From a virus (Duplodnaviria; Caudoviricetes): 52,877 bases of DNA. Both the position numbers and the translations under genes were made by a program. Within the stretch, counting starts at the first letter, position 1, and each line of letters begins with the position of its first letter. Location: the IMG/VR virus record IMGVR_UViG_3300031720_000004, positions 1-52,877 of that record. One strand, 5' to 3'. Of the stretch, positions 26,285 to 35,344 are shown piece by piece. The notes under the pieces were generated by a model. That model was not told the origin of the DNA, made no database searches, and saw only the letters and a program-made list of their open reading frames with translations.

Positions 26285-27136
26285 TTACCCTCCGGAGTTG
26301 ATGGTGAGCGTGTACGTGAACTGGATCGAGTCGCCGTTGTTCACGTTGATGGCGGCGAAGACCTTGTGGTCCCAGAGCACAGGCTTGAGCGTGAACGCTT
26401 CTGTGGCACCTGGCGTGGAACCGGCTGTGCCGTCCGCCACCTTGTACCAGGCCGGAATCGTCAGGACGCTGCTGGTGTTGCTGAGGATGAGGCCCCAGAC
26501 CGTGGTTGTGCCGGGAAGGACGATCAGCTGCTGCTCGCCCTGCACTGTGGAGGACGAGGCCGAGTAGGGTGTGCCTGTAACCGTGCCTGATGTCGCGCCC
26601 GTGGCCGTGAACGGTGTGCCCGTCGTGGCCGAGAGCACCTGGGCGCTGTGCAGGCCCCACTCTGTGATCGCCAGCGTGGAGCCGTAGTTGATCGTCGTGA
26701 CCTGCTGGAACTTCTGCAGGTTCGCCGCCGACACCAGCGACTGAACGCCGGACACCGCGTTGGCGGTCGTGGGCGCGGCCAGTGTCTGGAGCGCAACATC
26801 GGTGGCGGCTGCCGCGGTGGCACCTGTGCCTGTCGCGACCCAGTTCTGCAGCTTCAGCGTGGTGGCGGCAGCGCCAGAAGGAGAAGCCCACTGCGGGTCG
26901 TTCGCCATCGCCAGGACGCCGACGTTGGTGACCAGACCAGATCCGAGGTCGTAGATCTTGCTCTTGCCATCCGCCCGTATGTGCTTGGCGTACAGGTGGC
27001 TCTGGAAGAACATGTGCGCCGGGCGCAGAGAGTCGCCGCGGTCGCGCGTTGCCATGAGACGACCGAACGGCGTCCGCAGCACCTCGTGGATGCGATGCGG
27101 GATGGCTATCCGAGCGCGAGCTTCCTCAGTGGTTAT
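26285..27136 (-). CDS. Virion structural protein, probable ATA start
   Basis: GLVTNVG...ATGTGATAAAATDVALQT...ITEWGL...INVNNGDSIQFTYTLT; AGGAGG-ttca-ATA at 27136, in frame with the GTG at 27082. Confidence 0.7.
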   Translation of the reverse strand: MTTEEARARIAIPHRIHEVLRTPFGRLMATRDRGDSLRPAHMFFQSHLYAKHIRADGKSKIYDLGSGLVTNVGVLAMANDPQWASPSGAAATTLKLQNWVATGTGATAAAATDVALQTLAAPTTANAVSGVQSLVSAANLQKFQQVTTINYGSTLAITEWGLHSAQVLSATTGTPFTATGATSGTVTGTPYSASSSTVQGEQQLIVLPGTTTVWGLILSNTSSVLTIPAWYKVADGTAGSTPGATEAFTLKPVLWDHKVFAAINVNNGDSIQFTYTLTINSGG

Positions 27137-27144
27137 TGAACCTC

Positions 27145-28608
27145 CTATGCTGCTTCAAAGTCGGCCGCGGGATTGGCCACGCTGCTGTCATCAGCGGGGA
27201 CGTATTCGTACTCCAACACGCAACGGCAGTTCATCGCGCCCTCGCAGATCTCGCCGAACCCGCCGTCCCCAGGCAGTGGCGCTTCCTCCGCGGGCCACAT
27301 CTGCCCGTTCTTCTCTTCGCACAACGCACAGGGGTCTTCGCTCGTGACGACCCACGTGGCCATGATGCCACCGGATTCCGGGTCTGCGTCGGGCGGCAGC
27401 AGCGCGCTTATCGCGCCGTCCTGATAGCCCTCCTCGTAGGCCGGGATCGTGGTGGATGCGTACTGGTCCAGCCGGGAGGCAAGCTCCGCGCCCGCCAGCC
27501 CGGCAACCAAGTCCTGGACCATGCCCTGCAGGAATCCGTGCTGCTGCTCGACATCGCGGTTGATATCGTCCTGCACGTCGGGGTCCAGATCATCGAAGGA
27601 CAGCTCGTCAGGGTCGCCCTGCTTGACGACCGCCTTGATCTGCTTGCCCTGCTTGTGGCCCGCAACGTAGGCCGCGGCGTAGGCGTCACGCAGCGCTCGG
27701 CTGGCCTCGTCCACGAAGGACAGGTGGGAGTCGTGAGCATCGCGCGCCAGCGCGCCGAGACGCGAGGCTGTGCGTGCCATGATCCCTCGGAGCGCCTCCT
27801 CGCGCTGCGTGGCGCGTCGCGAGCTGCGGGCCGGGATGACAAACTTGCCCATCATGCGGCCCTTGGCGGCAGCAACCGCGGATGCCGGAGAAGAGTGGGG
27901 CAACTCTCGCGTGATCAGGACGTACTCTTTCTCCGGGAGCCACGAGATGGCGAACTTGGCGATGTCCTTGCCGTGACGCAAGTAGCGGCCCAGCTTCTCC
28001 AGCTCGGCGTACACATGCTTGTTCGCGGCGAAGCTGCGCAGCAGGTTCCAGTCCATGTCGGTCTGGAGTTCCTCGCGCAACGCGGGCATCCCCGGCAGAT
28101 CACCGGGCTTGAACCACGCTACAGCTTCGAATCTATCACCATCCGGATTCTCGCTGTTGTCACGATTGGCCAAGTCCACCATGCTCTCGCTGCGGATCAG
28201 CCAGACGTAGCCGCGGTACACGCCGTCCGTGCTGTCCCACTGGCCAGCGATGACGCCCGCGGGTAGCGCGAGTCCGACCTCTTCCTGCCACTCGCGCATG
28301 GCGCAGGAGAAGGCGTTCTCACCTGGCTCGCAATGCCCGCCCGGAAACTCCCACTGCCCCGGCGCTGGATCGTCCTCAACATCCGCGCGCTGAAGCAAGA
28401 GAGTGCGGCCCGTGTCCTGCGCCACCACCGCCAGTCCGCTGGCGATGAGAGTGCTGGGCGGGCGCATCGGCGGCATCGTGCGCCACTGTCCGGCCAAGTC
28501 GTACGGCACCAGCTGCATCCCGCCTCCGCCTATGGAGAAGTCCTTGAGCAGGTCGGCGGCGGCTTCGGCTACTTCGGCTGCGGCGTCGAGGATGTCCTCA
28601 ACTTCCAT
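27145..28608 (-). CDS. Nudix hydrolase fused to a MuF-like head morphogenesis protein
   Basis: Nudix box GGHCEPGENAFSCAMREWQEEVGL; C-terminal W...CALC...NCRC MuF-like Cys motif; directly after the portal gene. Start ATG 28608 inferred. Confidence 0.8.
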   Translation of the reverse strand: MEVEDILDAAAEVAEAAADLLKDFSIGGGGMQLVPYDLAGQWRTMPPMRPPSTLIASGLAVVAQDTGRTLLLQRADVEDDPAPGQWEFPGGHCEPGENAFSCAMREWQEEVGLALPAGVIAGQWDSTDGVYRGYVWLIRSESMVDLANRDNSENPDGDRFEAVAWFKPGDLPGMPALREELQTDMDWNLLRSFAANKHVYAELEKLGRYLRHGKDIAKFAISWLPEKEYVLITRELPHSSPASAVAAAKGRMMGKFVIPARSSRRATQREEALRGIMARTASRLGALARDAHDSHLSFVDEASRALRDAYAAAYVAGHKQGKQIKAVVKQGDPDELSFDDLDPDVQDDINRDVEQQHGFLQGMVQDLVAGLAGAELASRLDQYASTTIPAYEEGYQDGAISALLPPDADPESGGIMATWVVTSEDPCALCEEKNGQMWPAEEAPLPGDGGFGEICEGAMNCRCVLEYEYVPADDSSVANPAADFEAA

Positions 28609-31306
28609 TCGGCTTTCCGTCGGGCGCAGCCGGATGGTCGCGTCGCCATGCAGCGGATGAGCTGTTCTCGTGCTCGTCATCGTGAAGCCTGCGCAGAGCA
28701 GCGTCCGTCGGAGGCACGAAGTCGGCAGGCTTGACGCCCGCGGGCGGCTTCATGGCCGTGTCGTGCAGCTCGCTGTGGTGCGCGGTCAAGTGGTCGATCA
28801 AGCCCTGGCCTTCCATCCTCTCTTCCTTGGCGTGGGCGTGGCCACCGGGGTCGTTGCCGCCCTTGCTCAGCGCCAGCGCCGCTTCCATCAGCTTCCGACT
28901 GGCGTTCTGCAGGCGCAGAATCTTGGCGCTCGGCATGATGCTGCGGCCCGGAGGCAGATGGCCCTGCGACACGTCCGGCTTCTCCATCTGGTCGGCCTTG
29001 GCTTTCGGGTCCGCTTTCGGGTCGCTTTCGGGCTTGCCGCTCGAAGAGGAAGTTGAGTTGGCTTTCGGGTCGCTTTCGCCCTCTGGCGCATCAGGCTCCT
29101 GGACGGCGGACAGCGCGTCCTTCGTCGGGATGTGTCCAGCCTGCTGGTGTTCCTGCACCGTCATGCCCATCGGAACCGTGCCCTGCTGCATCGGCTCGCC
29201 CGGTGTGTGCAGAGGCACCTGCGGAATCGGCTTGCCATCCGCGCCCACGGGCTTGCCCTCGTGGTCTACTCCGGCTGCGCCTTCGGGCAGAGGCTTCCCA
29301 TCCGGCCCGTGCTGCGTGTCCTCGGGCTTGTATGGCTTGCCGTCCGGACCGATGGTCGGAGCCAGCGGCTTGCCGTCGGGAGTGGCGGGCTTGCCGTCCG
29401 ACGTCACCGGCTTGCCTGTGGTGGGGTGCATCGCAACCGGCTTGCCGTCGTGGCCGATGTTCGGCGCAGGAGCGTCGCCTGGCTTCGCAACCTGGCCTGG
29501 CACACCCTGCTGCAAGTGCGGCTGCTGCAGACCCGCGGGCGCGCCCGGCTTCGGCGGTCCACCGGCTCCAGGGAGTCCCTCAGGCCCGCCCTTGGGCGGC
29601 AGCGGCTTACCGTCTGGCCCGATCTGCGGCGGAGCGCCTGGGATGGCTGGAGGAGCCGGAGGCGCGCCGCCCTGCACATCGGTGATGGGAGTGCCGGGGT
29701 CCAGAGGCACAACGCCAGATCCGGTCGTGACGGTGGGAGATCCAGTCAGCGGCAGCGAGAACGGCTCGAAGCCCAGGTCCCCACGCACTTCGTCGCGCGT
29801 GATGACTCCGTCGTCGATGTAGATCTTGTGGGCAGTGGCGGCAGCGGCCTTGTCCTCGGCCTCCTCCATCCCTTCCCACGACCAGTCCATGTCGTCCTGG
29901 CCGAAGAGCTCCTGGTTGACGTAGTTGAACAGCGAGTCCTTGAGCTGGCCCGCCAGCGGCTTCTTGCGGTTCTCGTGCGCGATGTCCTTGCCCGCGGCTG
30001 CGTGCGCAGACCCGCCCATCCCCTGGCTCTTGCCTCCGGGCACCATGCCGATCTCTTCCGCCTGCACCGCGAAACACATCATGACCAGCTCGGCGATGAT
30101 CGTGTCGCTGCCGTCCGCCAGCTTGACTTCCTTCGTGTCTTCCTTGCTGGACCCGGCTGGCAGCACGACGATGCGGAACTTGTGCCCGATGTCTCCAGCC
30201 AGCGCGTTCAACGCGTCCTGCAACTGCTTGCGTTGCGCGGCTGATGTGACCTCGGGGCCGGGGATGATGTACGCGCCCGGCATGGAGCCTTCCTGGAAGT
30301 AGTCGAGGAAGTAGGCCTGGCGGCTCAGACCGATGGCCTGCGGCACCAGGGACATCTCGACTGGCGAGAACCCGTATGGCGTCCACACTCGCTTGGTCAG
30401 CGGCAAGTACATCAGCTCGCTGGTGGTGACGGGCTTGACCTCGTCGGACATATCCTCGGCGTCCTCTTCCGTCGCTACCATCGCCAGGTCTGTGCGTGGC
30501 ACACCCCAGATGTACTGCTGATACGCGGGGTTCGGCGGCTTGGGCTTGTCACCGCTCATCGCGTACAGCGGACGGATGGTCGTGCCGTCGATCAGCCTGA
30601 GCTTCTTGATGTCGGTGCCGAACAGCCCGGCCTTGCCACCGCGCGTGTGTTCGAAGCCGATGGACAGCGAGTCCGTCACGAACGTCTCTTCCAGCAGTGC
30701 GCCGACCCAAGAGCGGAACCCGGTGTAGTCGTTGTCCGGCTTGCGCCAGAACTCCAACAGCTGCTCCCGACGCTTCATCCAGTCTTCGCGCAACTCGGTG
30801 TCGTTGCGCATCTGCTTCTCGGTGGCCTTGGTGGGCACGATGTCCCAGTCCACTCCGACGATCTCGCGCTTCCGCACTTCGATGCAGGCTCGCACCACGC
30901 TGTAGCGTTCGGCGTACATCCGCATCGTCTGGAACGGCGCGACCTTGATGCCCTCGGCTCCTGGGACGCCCACAGGCAGGTTCCAGAAGATGGGGTACTG
31001 CAGACGGCGAGCGGTTGGTCGGTCGCTGCCCTCTGGCGGTACGTCGATGGGCTGAGGCATGATCGGCTCGGCCGGGCCGAAGGCACCCTGGATGAACTGC
31101 TGCACTTCGCGCGGGAGCGCGGCCTGCATGGGTGTGCCAGCGAGCCAGGACGCGTAGGGGCCGTTGGCGAACTCGCCGGAGTATGCGCCCAGAGGGTTCA
31201 GTTGGTACTGCTGAACGGACTCGTTGCTCGCCGCACCTGGGCGTGACGAACCTGCACCGCGGGCCTTCAGGCGGGCCGTGCGTACCAGCTCAGCTGTTGT
31301 GGGCAT
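28598..31306 (-). CDS. Portal protein with a long Pro/Gly-rich C-terminal extension
   Basis: VRACIE...IDGTTIRP...AYQQ...PYGFSPVE...YFQEGSMP...GVITRDEVRGDLGFEP portal motifs. Confidence 0.9.
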   Translation of the reverse strand: MPTTAELVRTARLKARGAGSSRPGAASNESVQQYQLNPLGAYSGEFANGPYASWLAGTPMQAALPREVQQFIQGAFGPAEPIMPQPIDVPPEGSDRPTARRLQYPIFWNLPVGVPGAEGIKVAPFQTMRMYAERYSVVRACIEVRKREIVGVDWDIVPTKATEKQMRNDTELREDWMKRREQLLEFWRKPDNDYTGFRSWVGALLEETFVTDSLSIGFEHTRGGKAGLFGTDIKKLRLIDGTTIRPLYAMSGDKPKPPNPAYQQYIWGVPRTDLAMVATEEDAEDMSDEVKPVTTSELMYLPLTKRVWTPYGFSPVEMSLVPQAIGLSRQAYFLDYFQEGSMPGAYIIPGPEVTSAAQRKQLQDALNALAGDIGHKFRIVVLPAGSSKEDTKEVKLADGSDTIIAELVMMCFAVQAEEIGMVPGGKSQGMGGSAHAAAGKDIAHENRKKPLAGQLKDSLFNYVNQELFGQDDMDWSWEGMEEAEDKAAAATAHKIYIDDGVITRDEVRGDLGFEPFSLPLTGSPTVTTGSGVVPLDPGTPITDVQGGAPPAPPAIPGAPPQIGPDGKPLPPKGGPEGLPGAGGPPKPGAPAGLQQPHLQQGVPGQVAKPGDAPAPNIGHDGKPVAMHPTTGKPVTSDGKPATPDGKPLAPTIGPDGKPYKPEDTQHGPDGKPLPEGAAGVDHEGKPVGADGKPIPQVPLHTPGEPMQQGTVPMGMTVQEHQQAGHIPTKDALSAVQEPDAPEGESDPKANSTSSSSGKPESDPKADPKAKADQMEKPDVSQGHLPPGRSIMPSAKILRLQNASRKLMEAALALSKGGNDPGGHAHAKEERMEGQGLIDHLTAHHSELHDTAMKPPAGVKPADFVPPTDAALRRLHDDEHENSSSAAWRRDHPAAPDGKPNGS
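29226..29624 (-). repeat. Nine (G)xDGKP-type coding repeats in the portal tail
   Basis: GPDGKP, GHDGKP, PTTGKP, TSDGKP, TPDGKP, GPDGKP, GPDGKP, DHEGKP, GADGKP. Confidence 0.85.
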
Positions 31307-31808
31307 TGACCTCCAGTCTCACTCCGAACTCTCCGTTGTCGCGGTACATGCAGAAGCCCTTCCAGCAGTTCTGGCAGAAGTGGGGCGGGACACTGACGCG
31401 GATGGCGTAGTCGTCGTCGACGTTGACCTCCACCACATCCGGCAGAGCCTCACTCGGTTGTCCGTCAACCATCTTCACGACGGTGATGACTTGGTCGCCG
31501 AAGGCTGTGCCGTAGTGGTGTTGGCTCAGACGCGTCTCGTGCAGGCGAACGCGGAAGTCGCAGCCTGCGCACTGACAGCGATGGTCGCGCGGCGGAATGT
31601 ACGGCTCGGGCATGTTCGCAGCCGAATCAATCACCAAGCCGCCAGCCTTGAGCGCCGCGGCCTTCTGGACTTCGATGTAGCCGAGAGGGTCGCGCGGGGC
31701 CTTGCGGCTCGTGTCCTGCGCGGGCGGCGGAGTGGCCTTGTGCTCAGCGATCCACTCCTTCTGTTCCGGCGTGTGCGGGATGGTCGGCTCCTGCTCTTCT
31801 TCAGCCAA
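31290..31808 (-). CDS. Cys-rich hypothetical protein
   Basis: CQCAGC...FCQNC; overlaps its neighbours. Confidence 0.6.
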   Translation of the reverse strand: MAEEEQEPTIPHTPEQKEWIAEHKATPPPAQDTSRKAPRDPLGYIEVQKAAALKAGGLVIDSAANMPEPYIPPRDHRCQCAGCDFRVRLHETRLSQHHYGTAFGDQVITVVKMVDGQPSEALPDVVEVNVDDDYAIRVSVPPHFCQNCWKGFCMYRDNGEFGVRLEVNAHNS

Positions 31809-32184
31809 CGATCTCGCCCTCCACCACTGGAATCTCTGGCTCCGGCTCCGCTGTCTCAGGCAGTGTCGTCATGGCAGCCTTCTGCCAGGGAAACACTACT
31901 TGGTCAGCAGGCCACTCTCCCCACGCCCAGAAGTCGACTCGGACCGGGTTGCCAGCCCGAAACAGGATCGTACGAACGCGAGGACATGCGTGGGGATGCC
32001 AGCCTCCGCAATGCGCACAGCGCGAGGCTTCAGGAAAGAGCGTTTCTGCCTCGGAAGGAGTAAGACCCACCCGGCGCGCAGGCTTGCGGGACGAAAGACT
32101 GCTTCGAATTCCGTACCATAGCCGCTCTCGGAGCCAGACGCTGAACGCACTGGGCTGCTTACGCTGGTAGACATCTTCGCTCAC
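31801..32184 (-). CDS. Hypothetical protein with CxxC-xx-H-xxx-C
   Basis: CAHCGGWHPHACPRV; coupled start. Confidence 0.65.
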   Translation of the reverse strand: MSEDVYQRKQPSAFSVWLRERLWYGIRSSLSSRKPARRVGLTPSEAETLFPEASRCAHCGGWHPHACPRVRTILFRAGNPVRVDFWAWGEWPADQVVFPWQKAAMTTLPETAEPEPEIPVVEGEIVG

Positions 32185-32387
32185 CCGTTGATGCGACTCC
32201 GGCGCTTGGCACGCAGCGCATTCTGGCGGCCTCGCGCGGCACTCACCTTGTCCGGTGTGCTGATGGACAGTCCGGCGTAGGAGTTGTTGCGTCGCATCTC
32301 ACGCATGATCAGCTCCGACATCCCGCCGATGGTGTACTCGTGCGGACACTCCCAGATGCTGGCGTCGTTCACCAGTCGTACCCGCAA
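32181..32387 (-). CDS. Hypothetical protein
   Basis: 68-aa ORF in the tightly packed minus-strand array. Confidence 0.45.
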   Translation of the reverse strand: MRVRLVNDASIWECPHEYTIGGMSELIMREMRRNNSYAGLSISTPDKVSAARGRQNALRAKRRSRING

Positions 32388-32506
32388 CGTGTGCAGACAC
32401 CAGTGAACGTCAGGACGCCGTGGCAGTCGGGCACTCCGCAGCGCTCCAGACCGTGACGGCCAAGCGCGCGCGACACGCGGTCGATCAGCTCATACACCAG
32501 CCGCAT
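32369..32506 (-). CDS. Small zinc-ribbon protein
   Basis: GGAGAG-caatca-ATG; CGVPDC...CTRCG. Confidence 0.5.
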   Translation of the reverse strand: MRLVYELIDRVSRALGRHGLERCGVPDCHGVLTFTGVCTRCGYDW

Positions 32507-32738
32507 TGATTGCTCTCCATCGCAGTACGAATTCCGCCCGGCGCTGTGCGTCCCACTCCTTGGGCAAGAACAGCGGTGGCCACTCTCCGGTGTTGGCGCG
32601 CACCAGCTCAGGCTCGGGAGCGCAGAGCCGTTCGATCTCAGGCTCAACGCGCCAGTGCGTGGCGGGCCGCGCGTAGTTGTCCTCGCGTGTGCGGCGGTGG
32701 AACTTCTCGATCATCCGCTCTTGCCGCACTCTACGCAC
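32490..32738 (-). CDS. Hypothetical protein
   Basis: 82-aa ORF between TerL and the small genes. Confidence 0.45.
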   Translation of the reverse strand: MRRVRQERMIEKFHRRTREDNYARPATHWRVEPEIERLCAPEPELVRANTGEWPPLFLPKEWDAQRRAEFVLRWRAINAAGV

Positions 32739-34441
32739 ATCGTCAGCCCGTGCTTGCAGTACTTCGTGGCCTTGGGGAGTGGCATGATCATCACGACGTC
32801 CGGGTCGTACCCGTTCTCATGCTCTTCCACTTCGCCCAGGATGGCAGCCGCCTCCTCGATCGTGTCCGCGTGTGTCGTGGTGTGGAACGTGGGCTGCGGG
32901 TACACGTCTGGCGCAGGCACTGAGCACTTCGGGCAGTGACGACCCGGCTCCCACATGAAGCCCTCTCCGCAGTTGGCGCAGCGCCAGATGCCCATTGCCC
33001 AGTCGTCCTGCGACGTAGCGCCGCGGCGCGAGAGCACGTTGAACGAACCGCTCAGGCAGTCGATCTGGTCGTCGTGTACGTTGGGGTCTGGGAACTGCTC
33101 GGCTTCGTTGAGGAAGTCGCTGATCCAGGGGCCGTAGACGAGCTTGATGTTGCGCGCGCCCGCGGCAGAACTGGCTGGATTAGCTCGGATCTCCTTCTTG
33201 CCAGTCGAAGGGAGAGCATGGAACGCGAAGCCATCAAGCAGCAGCCGGAAGTGTTCGGTTGCGAACTTGCCTGACGAGCCTGGCTCCTGCTCCATCCATA
33301 TCTCGAACCCCAAGTTGGTGTATCGGCTGGCGTCGCGGGCCGCGGTGTTCACAACCAGCTTCTCAGCTTCGTGTGGCTTCCATCGCCCGCGCACGATGTC
33401 CTCGATCCAGTACAGACCCTGCGCGTTGCGGGCCAGCATCATGCCGACTGTGTAGTCGGGGTCGGCCAGCGACAGAGTAGAGCCGGGCCGCTTCTTCGGT
33501 TCCTCTGTCGCAGCCATGTCCCACCAGCGGATGCGCTCACACTCGCGCGGAGCTTCGTCTACGATGTCGAACCATTCGCGCCGGAACTTGCGTCCTGGGG
33601 GTCGGGCAAACCAGTTGCCGTCCAAGAGCTGTTGTCGCGTGAACGGATCGAGCTTCATCAGCTGCCGCAGGTACGCGACCTCGTCCAGTGAGGGATTGTC
33701 GCGCAACTTGCTCTGGATGAAGGGTCGGGCGGGCTGCGGCCAGTCCGGGTCTGTTATCTGGTAGCACTCCGGGCAGTACTCCTGATCCCAGGGGTACGCA
33801 GTGCCGCAGAAGGAGCAGCCCTTGAGCTTGCCCTCTGTCATGAAGTGGCGCAGCACCCAGTCGTGCCCGAAGCCACCGGGGTTCGTGGCGCTCCTCATGC
33901 GGATGGGAGTGTCTGAACCAGCAAGACGACGGATTCGAGAGTGGAGGTACTTGTAGTCCTCCTCTCGGAACTGCGTCAGCTCGTCGAAGCCCACCATCTG
34001 GAACTCGGCGCTCTGGTAGCGATACTTGTCCTTCGCTGTCTCCAGATAGCCGAACGTGATGGTGCCGCCTTCCGGGAAGGTCCACGTGTGTGTGTTGCCA
34101 TCCCAGTGCGCTGCGGTGCCGCCCCACCACTCCTGCGAGCGGTTCATGATGGCTCCGGGCAGCGAGAGGTCTGCGAACGTCTGGCGCAGAAGCAGGGCCG
34201 CGTAGCCGGGCCGCTGCACGTACTGCGCAGCTGCCATCAGCAGTGCGTCAGACTTGCCTCCACCGGCTGCTCCGCCGAACAGCGCCTCCTCATGCGGGAG
34301 GGAGAGAAAGGCGGCTTGCTTTGGCCACGGCCAGTGCGGAATCCACGGGTTCTGCCGAACGTCGTGCAGCGTCTGCGAGACTCGCAGGATCGTTGCTGCC
34401 GAGGCCGGACTCGACGAGGAGCTTGGTAACGTCTGCGACAA
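32711..34441 (-). CDS. terL: Terminase large subunit
   Basis: Walker A GGAAGGGKS, Walker B MVGFDE, SATNPGG motif, nuclease WDMA...DYTVG...HDDQID. Confidence 0.95.
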   Translation of the reverse strand: MSQTLPSSSSSPASAATILRVSQTLHDVRQNPWIPHWPWPKQAAFLSLPHEEALFGGAAGGGKSDALLMAAAQYVQRPGYAALLLRQTFADLSLPGAIMNRSQEWWGGTAAHWDGNTHTWTFPEGGTITFGYLETAKDKYRYQSAEFQMVGFDELTQFREEDYKYLHSRIRRLAGSDTPIRMRSATNPGGFGHDWVLRHFMTEGKLKGCSFCGTAYPWDQEYCPECYQITDPDWPQPARPFIQSKLRDNPSLDEVAYLRQLMKLDPFTRQQLLDGNWFARPPGRKFRREWFDIVDEAPRECERIRWWDMAATEEPKKRPGSTLSLADPDYTVGMMLARNAQGLYWIEDIVRGRWKPHEAEKLVVNTAARDASRYTNLGFEIWMEQEPGSSGKFATEHFRLLLDGFAFHALPSTGKKEIRANPASSAAGARNIKLVYGPWISDFLNEAEQFPDPNVHDDQIDCLSGSFNVLSRRGATSQDDWAMGIWRCANCGEGFMWEPGRHCPKCSVPAPDVYPQPTFHTTTHADTIEEAAAILGEVEEHENGYDPDVVMIMPLPKATKYCKHGLTMCVECGKSG

Positions 34442-34937
34442 GCTGTACTGAGACTTCCTTCTTCGTGATCTCGACCCGGCTGGTCGTGCCGCCTGTGATC
34501 TCCAGACCAGTGCGCTCGCGATACAGCTTGGGCCGGTATGCCTTGAGCAACGCCATCAGCGCTGTCTCGGAGTGGATTTCTTCGAACGCCACCAGCTTGC
34601 CTGCTGACACCAGCGGGCGCTTGTACTGTCCCGTGGCCAGCTTGTGCAGTTCACGTTCCAGAGCATCCACGATCTCTTCCTGCGCGTTCTGCAGCTCGTC
34701 CTTGAACTCCGGATCGGTGGCCGTCCACTTGTAGACGGTTCGTCGGTCAATCCCGATCCGCTTGGCTGCGAAGGCAACCACCTTCAGCTTTCGAAACTGG
34801 AACAGGAAGCGGGCTTTACGCGCGCTTACGCGAGCCTCGGCGAGCCTCTTTTCGGCCGCAACCTCAGCACTGTCCGCTTGCTGCTGAGCCTCTTCAGGCT
34901 CCGTCGTCGTCTGCTTCTGCTTTCTTGGCTTCTTCAC
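34290..34937 (-). CDS. terS: Terminase small subunit
   Basis: HTH AAKRIGIDRRTVYKWTATDPEF, then SETALMALLKAYRPKLYRER; upstream of and overlapping TerL. GTG start at 34937 inferred. Confidence 0.8.
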   Translation of the reverse strand: MKKPRKQKQTTTEPEEAQQQADSAEVAAEKRLAEARVSARKARFLFQFRKLKVVAFAAKRIGIDRRTVYKWTATDPEFKDELQNAQEEIVDALERELHKLATGQYKRPLVSAGKLVAFEEIHSETALMALLKAYRPKLYRERTGLEITGGTTSRVEITKKEVSVQLVADVTKLLVESGLGSNDPASLADAARRSAEPVDSALAVAKASRLSLPPA

Positions 34938-35112
34938 GAGGCAGCTTGCCGACCAGTGTGATGTTGCCGGTTCCGTCGTTGCTGTAGCCACTCACTGTGG
35001 CGCTCATGCCGGGGACGATGTCCAGTATGGCGAGAGCAGCGTCTACTGCTTCCTGGACTTCGTGGTTGTGCGGTTCGCCGGAGTGGCCGCTGATGGAGAT
35101 GCTGTAGCTCAC
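34894..35112 (-). CDS. Hypothetical protein
   Basis: 72 aa, coupled start. Confidence 0.55.
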   Translation of the reverse strand: MSYSISISGHSGEPHNHEVQEAVDAALAILDIVPGMSATVSGYSNDGTGNITLVGKLPREEAKKAEADDDGA

Positions 35113-35333
35113 TTGTCCTCCGGGAAGAGCAGACCAGTGGCCGTGGGGTACGGCGTGAACGACCAGCTGATGGTGCCGATCTGACCGTCCTTGTCCGCCC
35201 AGTCGACCCGAGATGCCGGTACGCCTTCCTGCGCCTCGATCGTGACGTCCTCCGCGTACGGGGTTCCGTCACTGTTGAGCTGGTGCACGAACCGCACCTT
35301 GCCCTCGCTCGCGACTACCTTACACAGTCCCAA
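35109..35333 (-). CDS. Hypothetical protein
   Basis: TAAGGAGG then TTG at 35333. Confidence 0.55.
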   Translation of the reverse strand: MGLCKVVASEGKVRFVHQLNSDGTPYAEDVTIEAQEGVPASRVDWADKDGQIGTISWSFTPYPTATGLLFPEDK

Positions 35334-35344
35334 CAGACGCCTCC

